Of a stretch of DNA of 64,000 nucleotides, positions 36,710 to 49,282 are shown piece after piece. The notes under the pieces were generated by a model. That model searched no databases. It saw nothing but the letters and a program-made list of their open reading frames with translations, and had not been told where the DNA came from. The stretch is from Hypanus sabinus (Eukaryota): positions 102,362,001 through 102,426,000 of the forward strand of contig NC_082706.1 in assembly GCF_030144855.1 (NCBI RefSeq), given 5' to 3'. Position numbers and translations under genes: made by a program. How positions within the stretch are numbered: the first letter of the stretch is position 1; each line of letters begins with the position of its first letter.

Positions 36710-36975
36710 CTGAGTGGAGGAAATTTTAGGGGCGATGACAGAGGTAGGTTTTTCACATGGGTAACGGGTGCCTGGAATGCACTGCCAGGGTGGTTGTACA
36801 GGCTGGCATATTAGGGACATTTAAAAGACTCTGAGATAGACACACGGATTTAAAAAAAACAAAGGATTATGAGCTGCATCGGAGGGAAAGGTCAGATTGA
36901 TCATGGAATAGGTTAAAAGGTCATCAAAACATCATAAACCAATGGGCTTATACTATGCTGTAGTGTTCTATCTTT
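36710..36975 (+). mobile_element. CR1 3' end
   Basis: 'ggtgcctggaatgcactgccaggg...catttaaaagactc' and tail 'gtagtgttctat'. Confidence 0.8.
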
Positions 36976-37539
36976 AATGTTGTCAGTATGTTCTATGTTA
37001 AAAACAGAAAAACACACAACAGGGCAGGCAGCACCTGTGGAGAGAGGGAGAGAATGAATATTTCAGGTGAGAGATGCTTTATCTGTATTTTCCAAAGTTG
37101 CATAGAAACCCTCGACAGATTCAATGCTTCTTCCAAGCACCGTTTCTGAAGCACAAGCTTGTATGTCATCATAAAACCTGCCACAGGTTTAGTCTCAAGA
37201 AAATCCAAAGGTAGCTTGAAGATTTTCAATAAACAATTCACGCTGCTCCTCTAAAACAAATAATCAGTTCATGGGCCTCAACGGGAAGAGAATCATTTTA
37301 TTGTTTATCCCAACTTGTCCATAAGAAGGTGGGAGTGAGCTGCCTCCCTGAACAGACATAGCCTCTCTGTAAAGGCACTCCCCACAGGACAGTTTGGGAA
37401 GGAGTTGCTGGACTTTGGCCCAGGTACAATCATATTTTTCCCAAAGTAATTGAAAATCAATAAGCTTCAGCTGCTGGAGATCTGAAATACCCGGCAGCCC
37501 AGGCAGATTCTGTGGAGAGAGAGAGAGGGACAGAGTTAT

Positions 37540-37960
37540 AAAGACAGACTGGATGGACTGGGGCTATTTTCCCTGGAATAAAGGAGATTGAGGGATGAAA
37601 TCATAGAGGTTTATAAAATCCCGAGGGACAAAGATAAGGCGAATTGTTACAGATTTTCCCCCAAGGTAAAGGAGTCAAAAACTAGGGAAGCATAGATTGA
37701 AGGAGGGAGGGGAAAGACTAAACAGGGATCTAAGGGGCAACCTTCTCAGACAGAGGGTGGCGCATACATGGAGTGAGCTGTCAGAGCTGGATACAATTGC
37801 AATGTTCAAAAGACATTTAGACTGGTTCATAGTTAGGAGAGGTTTAGAGTGGCAGAGGCCAAATGCAAGCAAATGGGACTAGCCCAGGTAGACACTTCGG
37901 TTAGCACAGGATAATTGGGCTGAAGGGCCTGTTTCGATGTTGTATAACTCTGGGGCTCTC
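37540..37960 (+). mobile_element. CR1 3' fragment
   Basis: LGLFSLE/IEVYKI-like sequence, RDLRGNL, FKRHLD, and 'gggctgaagggcctgt' UTR. Confidence 0.85.
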
Positions 37961-40066
37961 TGACTCTAACTTCTGAGGATGCCTTTGCAAAATGAGGGGC
38001 CGGTCTCCATGAATATCAGGAAGGGGAAGAACAAGTGGTAGGGGAGTGCAGGCAACAAGAGACAGCACAAGGCTTTTGAATTCTCCTCCTGAATGGGGTC
38101 ACGTGTTTGGTCGGAAGAGCCAGAAAGGGTCTCTGCTCTGAAGGCAAATCTGATCTTCTGCAGTTGGAATATCATAAAAGACCCAGACTTGAAAAGCACG
38201 CACCATGCGGCATTGATTAGAGTTAAAAAGGACCGGCAGTGAGATGTGAGAAACACTGCCGGCTGTAAGACTAAGCTATAACTTACAAGTGACAAAATCC
38301 ACTGTAGGTTGTCCAATCAGCTTTCCTTGTGGAAATATTTATCAGATCACAGATCTCACTGCTGTTTCTAAGATAAATCCTTTTTATCCACCCAGATTAA
38401 TTAAATCCATGCCGCAGTTTCTCAGCAACATTACTAAATTACAAGCATGTGGCATGATGGTCCAGATGTTGATTTAGAAGGTCTCATTCAAAGGGGCGCA
38501 TTGAAGCGTTTGTACTCAGTCATAACATAACCTTTCGCGATCTCACACTTTCTGCTTTTTTATTTAGAAATGACAAAAAAAATGCACATGGGAACAGCCA
38601 GTAAGTCAATGACCCAGTGGGTCAATACTGATAGATCAAGTGTATTGGAGACGCAAAAGACCGCAGATGCTGCCGATCTGGAGCATCGCACAAAGGAACT
38701 CGATGGGTCAGGCGGAAATGAACAGTGAACATCTTGGGTGGAGACCCTGATCTGAAATGCCAGCTGTTCATTTCTCTCCATAGATGCTGCTCGATCCATT
38801 GAGTTTCTCCAGCTCCTTTGTGTGTTTCTCTGCATCCAGTGCATTAATAGTTTGACTGTCCAGAACAGCCACTGGTGAAGCTCGCTAAGGAAATAGGCAC
38901 GGGGATGGCACACGTTTGGGGGCCGAGGGGTCTGATCCTGTCCTGTACTGTTCAATGTTCTCTGTTCTATCTAGAGGGAGGTGACTGTCTCACTGCTCCA
39001 GACTGGAGATCTTTGTTCTGTCCTGATGCATTGTCTGTGGCGTAAGGGCCGGTCACTGCCTGTGAAACATCATGCACCAGTCAGTGCATTACAACTTCTT
39101 TCAACCCAGGCAACGTTGCCAATGCCTCCTAAAAAGGGTGTCCTGAGATACAGTGAAAAACATCTGTTCCGCATGCTTTCCACGAAGACCATTCCGTAGA
39201 TCAGTACATCAAGATAGTTCAAAGAAAAACACTGTAGAATGTAATGTTACACCGATAGAGAACGTATAGTGCAAGTAGACAAGATGCAAGGTCCACGATG
39301 AGGCAGAGTGGTCGATCAAATGGTCATTTGTAATGTATGAGACGTCTGTTCAAGAGTCTGACAACAGTGGGATAAAACCTGTCTTGATGAAGGGTCTCAG
39401 CCTGAAACATTTCCATAGATTTTGCCTGGCCTACTGAGTTTCTCCAGCACTTTGTGTGGATTTCCAGCGTTTACAGATTTTCTCGAGTTTGTAAAAACTG
39501 TCCTTGAGCTTTGTGGACATGTTTTTAAGCTTTTCTGTCTTCTGTCTGACAGGACTGCAGAAGGAGGTGCCTTGATTATGGTGAATATTTTGACTTTGAT
39601 TGTGTTAGATCAATTTGTCTGGAAGGGCAAGAGCACAAGAAAGAATAGGCCAGTCAGCCCCTCCAGCCCTACTATCCCATTCAATAAGAACATTGCTGAT
39701 CCTGTGCCTCAATCCAAACCCACCTGATCTCCAAATCCCCTGATCCTTGAGCCTCTAAACCTGAATCAACCCCAGTCCTGATTGTACACATCACTCTGAG
39801 GTCCACCAGTTGAAATGAAATATAATGGCAACGTCCACCATTAAAGATCCTCACCATCCAGGTCATTCCATCTCCTTGCAACTACCACTGGGCAGGAGGT
39901 GCAGAGTCCCGAAGTCCCACACCATAACTACTTCCTTTCAACCATTCGGTTGTTGAACCATTTGGCACAACCCTAATCACAAAGGTTTAGCTACATTATG
40001 ACTGTTTTGATCACTTTGCAGTAAGATGGATTTTTAAAAAATATTCTAATTCCGGTCTTTCTTGTA

Positions 40067-41154
40067 AGATCTTAGTCAGTCCGGATCGGGAGCAGCATCT
40101 CCAAAACCATCACACTGAGCACGGGGGCTCCCCAGGGTTGCGTGCTCAGTCCACCGCTGTTCACTCTGCTGACCCATGACTGTGCTGCAACACACAGCTC
40201 GAACCACATCATCAAGTTCACCGATGACACCACCGTGGTGGGTCTCATCAGCAAGAACGATGAGTCAGCTTACAGAGAGGAGGTGCAGTGGCTAACGGAC
40301 TGGTGCAGAGCCAACAACCTAGCTCTTAATGTGAACAAAACAAAAGAGATGGTTGCTAACTTCAGGAGGGCACGGAGCGACCACTCCCCGCTGAACATCG
40401 ATGGCTCCTCGGTAGAGATGGTAAAGAGCACCAAATTTCTTGGTGTTCACCTGACGGAGAATCTCACCTGGTCCTTCAACCCCAGCTCCACAGCAGAGAA
40501 AGCCCAGCAGCATCTCTACTTTCTGCGAAGGCTGAGGAAAGTCCATCTCCCACCCCCCATCCTCATCACATTCTACAGGGGTTGTATTGAGAGCATCCTG
40601 AGCAGCTGCATCACTGCCTGGTTCGGAAATTGCACCATCTCAGATCGCAAGACCCTGCAGCGGATAGTGAGGTCAGCTGAGAAGATCATTGGGGTCTCTC
40701 TTCCCACCATCACGGACATGTACACTACATGCTGCATCCACAAAGGAAACAGCATTATGAAGGACCCCATGCACCCCTCATACAATCTCTTCTCCCTCCT
40801 GCCGTCTGGGAAAAGGCTCCAAAGCATTCGGGCTCTTACAACCAGACTATATAACAGTTTCTTCCCTCAAGCTATCAGACTCCTCAATACCTGAAGCCTG
40901 GACTGACACCTTGCCCTACTGTCCTGTTTATTATTTATTGTAATGTCTGCACTGTTTTTGTGCACTTTATGCAGTCCAGTGTAGGTCTGTAGTCTAGTGT
41001 AGCTTTCTCTGTGTTTTTTTTTATTACATAGTTCAGTCTAGTTTTTTGTACTGTGTCATGTAACACCATGGTCCTGAAAAACATTGTCTCATTTTTACTA
41101 TGTACTGTACCAGCAGTTATGGTCGAAATGACAATAAAAGTTGACTTGACTTGA
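40067..41154 (+). mobile_element. Young 5'-truncated Rex1/Babar-type LINE
   Basis: Open ORF to the native stop, AATAAA, and (TTGAC)n tail. Splits an older repeat tail (cttgta|aaatttgtgtata). Confidence 0.95.
40142..40894 (+). pseudogene. RT C-terminal half plus DUF1891-like C-terminus of LINE ORF2 (5'-truncated)
   Basis: (GAPQGCV)[68 protein letters not shown]. Confidence 0.93.
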
Positions 41155-42564
41155 AAATTTGTGTATATGTTTAATTTTCTTGCAAATGCTGCTTATATGA
41201 TGCTATGTGTCTGCAATGCTGGTCTAACTAATCTTTCATCTGTGCATTCATATGCTTGTGCATATGACAATACATTTTACTCCGGTTCTTCCTCCCCCCC
41301 CACAGATGCTGCCTGACTTGGAGGGTATTTCCACCATTTTCTGCTTTTACTCATGACTGCTGGAGAAAGTGAAGTTTAGTTTCTGAGCTGAGGAAAGCCA
41401 AAGGGAAGAGAAGCTTGCTTCTCTTTTCTCCTTATAGAGGGGTGGAGATCAGGTACCTGTTTGAGTTCAAACTGATAGCCTCGACACCTCTTGAGCAGGA
41501 GAGCTTAGTGAGAACTCTACCACAGGGAAATGGCTCAAGAGTCTTCCTCCATGAGGTAGGAGGAACCACTGAAAGTTTAATCGCATCTGATACACTAGAC
41601 CCCCTCAAGCTGGCTGAGTCTGTGAGATGGAGCAACACAATATTCTTCAGCCTTTTTCTGCAGTCTGTGGGAGGGACTTTCCAGGCTGAGTTCCAACAAG
41701 CCTCAAGGCTCTCAATGTTATGTCATTAACAAAGCCCTTTGTTTCAGAAGATTCTCTTGAGTCTGACACTCACATAATGAAGTATATTAGCATCTCAGAT
41801 GCTCACGGGAGCCCACGTAAAAAAAAATCTGGGCCCGGTTGTTGAAGCTGTGGTTTCCACTCTTTAATTATTTCAGCTACAGTGTTTCGTTACATGTGAA
41901 ATGGTCCAAAGTGAATGCTGGGCTTTCATTGGAAAGATAGTTTAAGCGTGAGTAATTCCACTTCAACACTGCCTCATCAAAAGGTCAGAGAAGGAATAAG
42001 GAATTTTCTTTTTCAAGGAACTTTCCCATCTTAATGTCCTGTGGCAATCCAAGCTGTGAAGTGGGCTCACGACTGTCACATTGGAACCTTGTGAGCAATT
42101 TTCACACAGTGTGTCGATAGTAACCTGTTAGTGATGACATGTGAGGAACAGGGACTGCCCTGGACATTTAGAAAGTTCAGATTATTTCATTGTCATATTC
42201 ACCAGGGTGCAATGAAATTCCTAGCTCGCATGAAGCCCAGTGTAAACAGAAACATAGTAATAATAACAATATGTATGGTGATAAGTGCAAGACAGCAGAA
42301 TGGCACAACTATTGTAGTGCACTCTGAAGTACAGCACACGGAGCCGGGACAGGAAATGGCCCTTCAGCCTGGGATGTTGTGCCTAACTAATTAAGTGAAA
42401 GATGCCTAATTACTGTAATCCTTTCTGCCTCCACATGCTCTACATCTCTCTGTTCTTTGCATATTCAAGTACCTACCTAAGAGCCTCTTAAAGTTCTCCG
42501 TCATATCTGCCTGTGTTCCAGGCACCCAAAGAAATGCTAAGGTGACGATAATGGATTACAAAGT

Positions 42565-43130
42565 ACAAAGTTCAAAGAAGTTTATAATCAAAGTACATAT
42601 ATGTCACCATATACAACCTTGAGATTCATTATCTTGTGGGCATACTCAGTAAATCCAAGAGTGGTAATAGAATCGATGAAAGAATACATACAGTAAGACA
42701 GACAAGCAACCAACGTGCAAAAGACAACAAACTGTGCAAATGCAAAATAAAAAAGTAGTAGTTTAAAAAAAACAATAAATATGGAGAACATGAGATGAAG
42801 AGTCATTGAAAGTCAGTCCATAGATTGTGGAAGCCGTTCAGTGATAGACAAGTGCAATTGAGTGAAGTTATCCCCTCTGGTTAAAGGGCATGGTGATTCA
42901 GGGGTAATAAGTTTTCCTGAACCTGGTGGTGTGAGTCTTGACACTTCTGTACCTTCTTCTTGATGGCAGCAGTGAGCAGGGACCATGACCTGGTGATGGG
43001 GTCCCAGAAGATGGATGTGGCTTTCCTGTGACACACTCCATGTAGATGTGCTCAGAGGTGGGGGAGGGCTTTACCCATGATGGACTGGGCCGTATCTATT
43101 ACGCTTTGTAGGATTTTCTGTTCAAAGGCA
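42565..43130 (-). mobile_element. L2/Rex-type 3' fragment
   Basis: Colinear with 3843-4370. Confidence 0.8.
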
Positions 43131-43430
43131 TTTAGCCTCTCAAGTCTATGCTGGATCTGAGAGCAATCCCATCAGTCTCAGTTCCCCATTTGTCTCTCTG
43201 TAACCTGTTCTCCCTGTCTTTGCATCAACTCTGTTAATTTCAGTTATTCACCTGCAGTTTCCAGGGGCTAATTGCACTACCAAATTGACCTTGGGACAAG
43301 TGCAGCTGGTCAAAACTCTCGGAGTTCCAGGGAGAATGTACAAACTCCACATAGGCAACTCATGAGGTCAGAACCAAAACTGGACCTCTGTCGCCATGAG
43401 GCAGCAGTTCTAATTCTCCACCATTGTGAC
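43130..43430 (-). mobile_element. V-SINE-like element
   Basis: 'gggagaatgtacaaactccaca' plus head and tail segments. Confidence 0.6.
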
Positions 43431-44591
43431 GGCCGAGGACTGCCCCTGTGGAGGAATGGTCTGGTACCCGGAGTTCGAAAAAGAAGACTAGAACCAATGA
43501 TTTTCAGTCTCGGGGTGGGATTACAGTCTCCTTCCAGAGCCCGTACACGAGAGGAACGGTGAATAATGGAAAACAAATGTACCAGCGGTCCGCTTACTCG
43601 CTGCACTCAGGCTAAATATTATCTTGATTCATTGGTCCTCTACAATTGTGTCTGTGTTTTATTTGAGAGAAAACAGCAAATGTACCCAGCCCACGGATTT
43701 GATGACTCCAGCAAAATGTCACGTCCCACCAGCAGAATCAGCTTGCTGATAACGTTGTCCTTCAGAAGGAACATGATTCAATTCCTTCCAGCTGCTGTTG
43801 AAGTTCAGCTCATTTTAACCTCCCACTGGAAGAGCTCTGAATCTCTGCATCCTGACCCTCTCTGTGTCTCTCTCCCTCTTTCACATCTTCCTCCACACCT
43901 CATCTTCTGTTTGTTTCTCTTCGCAGCTCTTTCTGTGACTCAGTGGCGAACTTTGAGCATGAACCTGTGAAGTGCCGGGGGGTGGGGGAGGAGACGTCAG
44001 GGGCGCAGTCTAAGGGCAGGTGCTGGTTGCTGTTCGGCTGCTGTGCATCCGGCTGCATGGTTGGTCCTAATGCAAGGAACCTGCAATTAGCCTCAACGAA
44101 TTATACAAATGGACCATAAAGCCTGCAAAGGAGCCTCGCTGAGATGGAGCTTGGGAAGTTCTGGCAGAGACCCAACCTGTAATTTTCCTCCCGTTAAAAT
44201 ATCCCAGCTAAAGGTTACGCTTCAGGATGCTGAAGTGTTGCTCCTCTGTCACTGGGACGTGGAACAGCCTGGACCACTGCCCCCAGTGACTGCTCCTACA
44301 CGAGATAGACCTGTGAAAGGCGGGTGTCCACCTGGCTCTGATTCAATATTATTTACAGACCATAAAACCATTCGACCCCTCGAGTCTGCTTCACCAATCA
44401 TGGTTGTAACATTTAACCCCCCCCCCCCCCAACAGTGAAGAACCTATCGGTCTCTACCTTAAATATACCGAATGCCTTATCTGCCACAGCCCTCTCTGGC
44501 TCATCTCATCCTCTGGCTGAAGATATGTCACACCAGCAGCCTTACTTCATTAGGAACTTGAAGGAGATCAGTATGTCTCCAAAGACTCTAG

Positions 44592-45376
44592 AACATAGAA
44601 ACATAGATAAACCTACAGCACAATACAGGCCCTTCGGCCCGCAAAGCTGTGCCGAACATATCCTTACCTGAGAAATTACCTAGGGTTACCCATAGCCTTC
44701 TATTTTTCTGAGTTCCATATACCTGTCAAGGAGTCTCTTAAAAGACCCTATCGTATCTGCCTCCACCACCGTCACCAGCAGCCCATTCCACGCACTCACC
44801 ACTCTCTGAATAAAAAACTTACCCCGGACATCTCCTCTGTACCTACTTCCAAGTACCATAAAACTGTGCCCTCTCATGCTAGCCGTTTCAGCCCTGGGAA
44901 AAAGCCTCTGACTATCCACACGATCAATGCCTCTCATCATCTTATACACCTCTATCAGGTCACCTCTCATCCTCCGTCACTCCAAGGAGAAAAGGCCGAG
45001 TTCACTCAACCTATTCTCATGTTATGCTCCCCAATCCAGGTAACACCTTGTAAATTTCCCGCGCACTCTTTCTATGCTTTCACATCCTTCGTGTAGTGAG
45101 GCAACCAGAACTGAGCACAGTACTCCAAGTGGGGTCTGACCAGGGTCCAATATAGCTGCAACATTACCTCTTGGCTCTTAAACACAATCCCACAATTGAA
45201 GAAGGCCAATGCACCATATGCCTTCTTAACCTACGCAGCAGCTTTAAGTATCCTATGGACTCAGACTCCAAGATCCCTCTGATCCTCCACACTGCCAAGA
45301 GTCTTACCATTAATACTATATTCTGCCATCATATTTAACCTACCAAAATGAACCACATCACATTTATCTGGGTTGA
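44592..45376 (-). mobile_element. 5'-truncated CR1 inserted in a Rex-type fragment, 7-bp TSD
   Basis: ORF MRGDLIEVYK...FKRLLDRYM; ACTCTAG at 44585-44591 and 45377-45383. Confidence 0.93.
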
Positions 45377-46689
45377 ACTCTAGTAAGTCTCTATAGATGT
45401 CCATTGAGAGCATTCTGAGTGGTTGCATCAATGGCTGGTATGGAAGCTCCAATGCACAGGACTGAAAGAGCTGCAAAGCATTGTATACTCAACCAGCACC
45501 TCTCTACCATCGAGGACATCAAGAAGGTGGCAAAAAGGATTTCCACCATCTGGGAGGAGGTATAGAAGCCTGAAGATGCATATTCAATGTCTCAGGAATG
45601 GCTTCTTCTCTCTGCCATCAGAACTCTGAACCATCACTGAACCCATGAACACTATAATTCCTCTTCAGCACTATTCATTTATTTTATTTCTTATTGTATC
45701 TTCACTGTAGCTTGGTATATGTGACAATAATAGACAATTCCATTAATATATAAATCCGTAGTCATTGGTTTTTCCTGTTTCTAATTTTTCTTCTTGCTGT
45801 TTTTCTACATTCTTTTCTCACGAAGGACCTTATGCACCAAGTCTTTGCTTCTGCACAGCTTTTTTTCTCTCCGTTGTCTTGTCTATTTTATTTATAAGTT
45901 ATGATTTGTGTGTGATCTGAAGCAATGGACCTGAGATGCTGCTGCAAGCACCTTTCTCTTGTACTTCATCGTCCATGTGCACACGACAATAACCTCGACT
46001 TGACTTGAGATGCCTGGTTATAAAGACAGACATTGAATAAGTTGGGGGTTGTAGGCTATAACTATCGTATGTGTTGTCTAGATACTGTGGTCACGGAGAC
46101 TGCCTAGATCGGAGATTTCTTGCCCAGTGTCTGGAAAACAAAGCCGCTCTGCTGCTTCCCAACATCGAGTTCACAGACTCTACAAAGATTATGTTTTCAG
46201 GTTAAACATCCCTGTTTAAATCAGGCAGAAATTCATTGTGAAACAATTTCCTTTGTCACAAAGGGAAACCTGCCCTATAATTAAGTTCCCTCTGCTGAAT
46301 TGTTTGATAAATTAACATCATATTTTCTCTGCCAACAAAGTTCACAAAGGAAAAGCATTGAGTTCTGCTCAATGTTCCTAACCACAATCAAGCCACCCCT
46401 CCCGAAATTTCTGTAATTGTACTGTAGAAGCCCACATTGCCACAGGGAGAGCTTCCAAACTCTATGTAGACAGAGCCAGAGGCTGGGATGGAACCTGTGG
46501 CGCCAGAGCTGCAAGGCAATAGTAAACATTTTGCCGGTTTATGTCGATGATTAGCGATCAATTCCATCATTGCTTTCCAGTATGTAGCATCCATGTGTGC
46601 ATCTAACACATCACTTTTCTTTGATCGTCACTGAATCTAAATCTGCAGCTCTGTGGGAGCACTTTCACCAGAAAGGGTCAAGAAGGTTA

Positions 46690-47352
46690 AGGCAACACGC
46701 ACAAAATGCTGGTGGAACGCAGCAAGCCAGGCAGCATCTATAGAGAGAAGCACTGTCGACGTTTCGGGCCGAGACCCTTCGTCAGGACTAACTGAAAGGA
46801 AAGATAGTAAGAGATTTGAAAGTAGTGGGGGGAGGGGGAAATGCGAAATGATAGGAGAAGACCGGAAGGGGTGAGATGAAGCTAAGAGCTGGAAAGGTGA
46901 TTGGCAAAAGTGATACAGAGCTGGAGAAGGGAAAGGATCCTGAGACAGGAGGCCTAAGGAGAAAGAAAGGGGGAGGGGAGCAACAGAGGGAGATGGAGAA
47001 CAAGCAGAGTGATGGGCAGAGAGAGAGAAAAAAACAACTAAATATGTCAGGGATGGGGTAAGAAGGGGAGGAGGGGCATTAACAGAAGTTAGAGGTCAAT
47101 GTTTATGCCATCAGGTTGGAGGCTACCCAGCCAGTATATAAGGTGTTGTTCCTCCAACCTGAGTGTGGCTTCATCTTGACAGTAGAGGAGGCCATGGATA
47201 GACATATCAGAATGGGAATGGGATGTGGAATTAAAATGTGTGGCCACTGGGAGATCCTGCTTTCTCTGGCGGACTGAGCGTAGGTATTCAGCGAAACGGT
47301 CTCCCAGTCTGTGTCGGGTCTCACCAGTATATAGAAGGCCGCACCGGGAGGA
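46690..47352 (-). mobile_element. Penelope-like element 3' end (GIY-YIG endonuclease C-terminus plus terminal repeat)
   Basis: RCGLLYTGETRHRLGDRFAEY...PVATHFN...LRLEEQHLIYWLGSLQPDGIN. Confidence 0.9.
46755..46788 (-). ncRNA. Minimal type I hammerhead ribozyme motif (PLE-associated)
   Basis: GUC-CUGACGA-A-GGGU(CUCG)GCCC-GAAAC-GUC^GAC: all core nucleotides present. Confidence 0.75.
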
Positions 47353-48493
47353 CTTCACTGTTGCCAGTGCAGTTTGAGCTGAGGAATAAATACCCACCAG
47401 CATGAAAGATTGCCACCAGTTATTGGGCCTGGGGTTGTATGATCCACAGTGGACAGTTATGTTATCTTCAGCTTGGTACCACCAACAAGGAGTCAGACTT
47501 CCCACTTTCCTGGATTGATTCACTAGGAAAAGATGACAAAAGCTGAATGGACTCACTCTCACTCATATATGGTCAATCTACACCATCGCATTCCACATTA
47601 TTCCTCAAGGTCTCTTGATAGGAAGTGCCTCCACCCGCAACGACTGCCAGACCAGCTTAATGAACTGGAACGGAATCCGGAGTTACTCCAAATTACCCAG
47701 GAAGCCAAATGCTTCAAGTTGAAACCTTTACTGAGGTGGTCACAGCCAGGGTACAGCCTCCAGATAAGTGGGTGACTACCAAAAAAAGTAAGGGGAGTAG
47801 GCAGTCAGTGTACGTTCCCATGTGGCCATTCACGGACAATAACTATGGTCCTTTGGATATTAGTTAGCTAGGGGTTCTGGCTGGAGATTCTTTGACTGTG
47901 AAAGAGTGTTGCCTCCTCAATGCCAGGGTCAAGGATGTCTTTTAGCAGCTGCAGAAACATTTTCAAAAGGGAGAGCACACAGCCAGGGGTCATTGTACAC
48001 ATTAGTACAAACAACATAACTAGAACAATGGACGAGTCCTGCAGAATGTTATAGGGAGTAGGGAGTATAAGGTAAGAAATTAAAATACAGGACCTTGAGG
48101 GCAGTGCTGTCTAGATTACTCCCAGTGTCATGTGCTTGTGAGTCCAGAGATAGAAAGATAGGCCAGATGAAGCTGTGGCTGAAGAGCTAGTGCGGGGGGT
48201 GGGGGCAGGGGGTGAAGTTCTTAGATCACTGGGATCTCTTCTGGGGTCATGGGGACCTGTACAAGAGGGGCGGGTGGCACCTGAACCAGAGAGGGAGCAA
48301 TCTCCTAAAAGGAAAATTCACTTTTGTCACCAGGGAGGGTTTAAGCCAAATTGTTTGAGGAGTGGGATTCGAGAGAGTGAAGCCAGTAAGAAGACAGACG
48401 TTAATACAGGAACCTAATATATAAGTCTAATGATAGGGATAGCCATGTTTACAGTAAAAGGACAGTTACCTCTGATGCTTTAAATTGCAACTA

Positions 48494-49006
48494 CATGCAG
48501 TGGCCACTTTATTACGCCGTAGCCCATCCACATCCAGGTTTGACATGCGGTTCATTCAGACATGCTCTCTTGCACATCACTGTTGTAATACATGGTTATA
48601 TGAGTTAATGTCACCTTCCTATCAGTTTGGCACAGTCTGGCCATTCTCCTCTGACCTCTCTCATTAACAACACATATTTGCCCACAGAACTGCCACTGAC
48701 TGGACTTTTTTTTTGTGTTTTTGCACAATTCTCTGTAAACTCTAAACATTCTTGTGTGTAAATTCAAGGAGATCAGCGGATTCTGAGTCACATAAACCAC
48801 CCCCTCTGGCAATAACAATCATTCCATGGTCAAAGTCACTTAGATCACATTTCTTCCCCTTTCAGATGCTTGGTCTGAACTACAACTGAACCTCCTAACA
48901 CTGTCTGCATGATTTTATCATTCAGTTGCTGCCATGTGATTGGCCAATTAGACATTTGCATTAATGAGTAGGTGTACAGGTGTACCTAATAAAGTGTCAC
49001 TGAGTG
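48494..49006 (-). mobile_element. Internally deleted Tc1-like DNA transposon
   Basis: TIRs CAtgCAGTGGCCACTTTATTA / TAATAAAGTGtCACTGAGTG, with TA on the left. Minus peptide RGQRRMARLCQTDRKVTLTHIT resembles the Tc1 transposase HTH region. Confidence 0.88.
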
Positions 49007-49282
49007 TTTGCTCATAGCCTGACAGGTAGACCGGACAAACTGAGGGTGTGGATTGATTTGAGGGACTGGAATATTGTGACCATGATAGAAATGTGGCTGA
49101 GAGGACTGCTGGACTGGTAGAGCTATGTCCCAGGATACCACTGCTTTAGTGTGACAAGAGAACAGGTAAGAGTGAAGAACATTACAGCACTGTTTAAAGA
49201 GATTCGTCAAGCCTAAGGAGGATGCTGGGTTGAAGTTAAAAGTAAGAAGGGGATGGCCACCTTGGTAGGGCTATATTATAGA

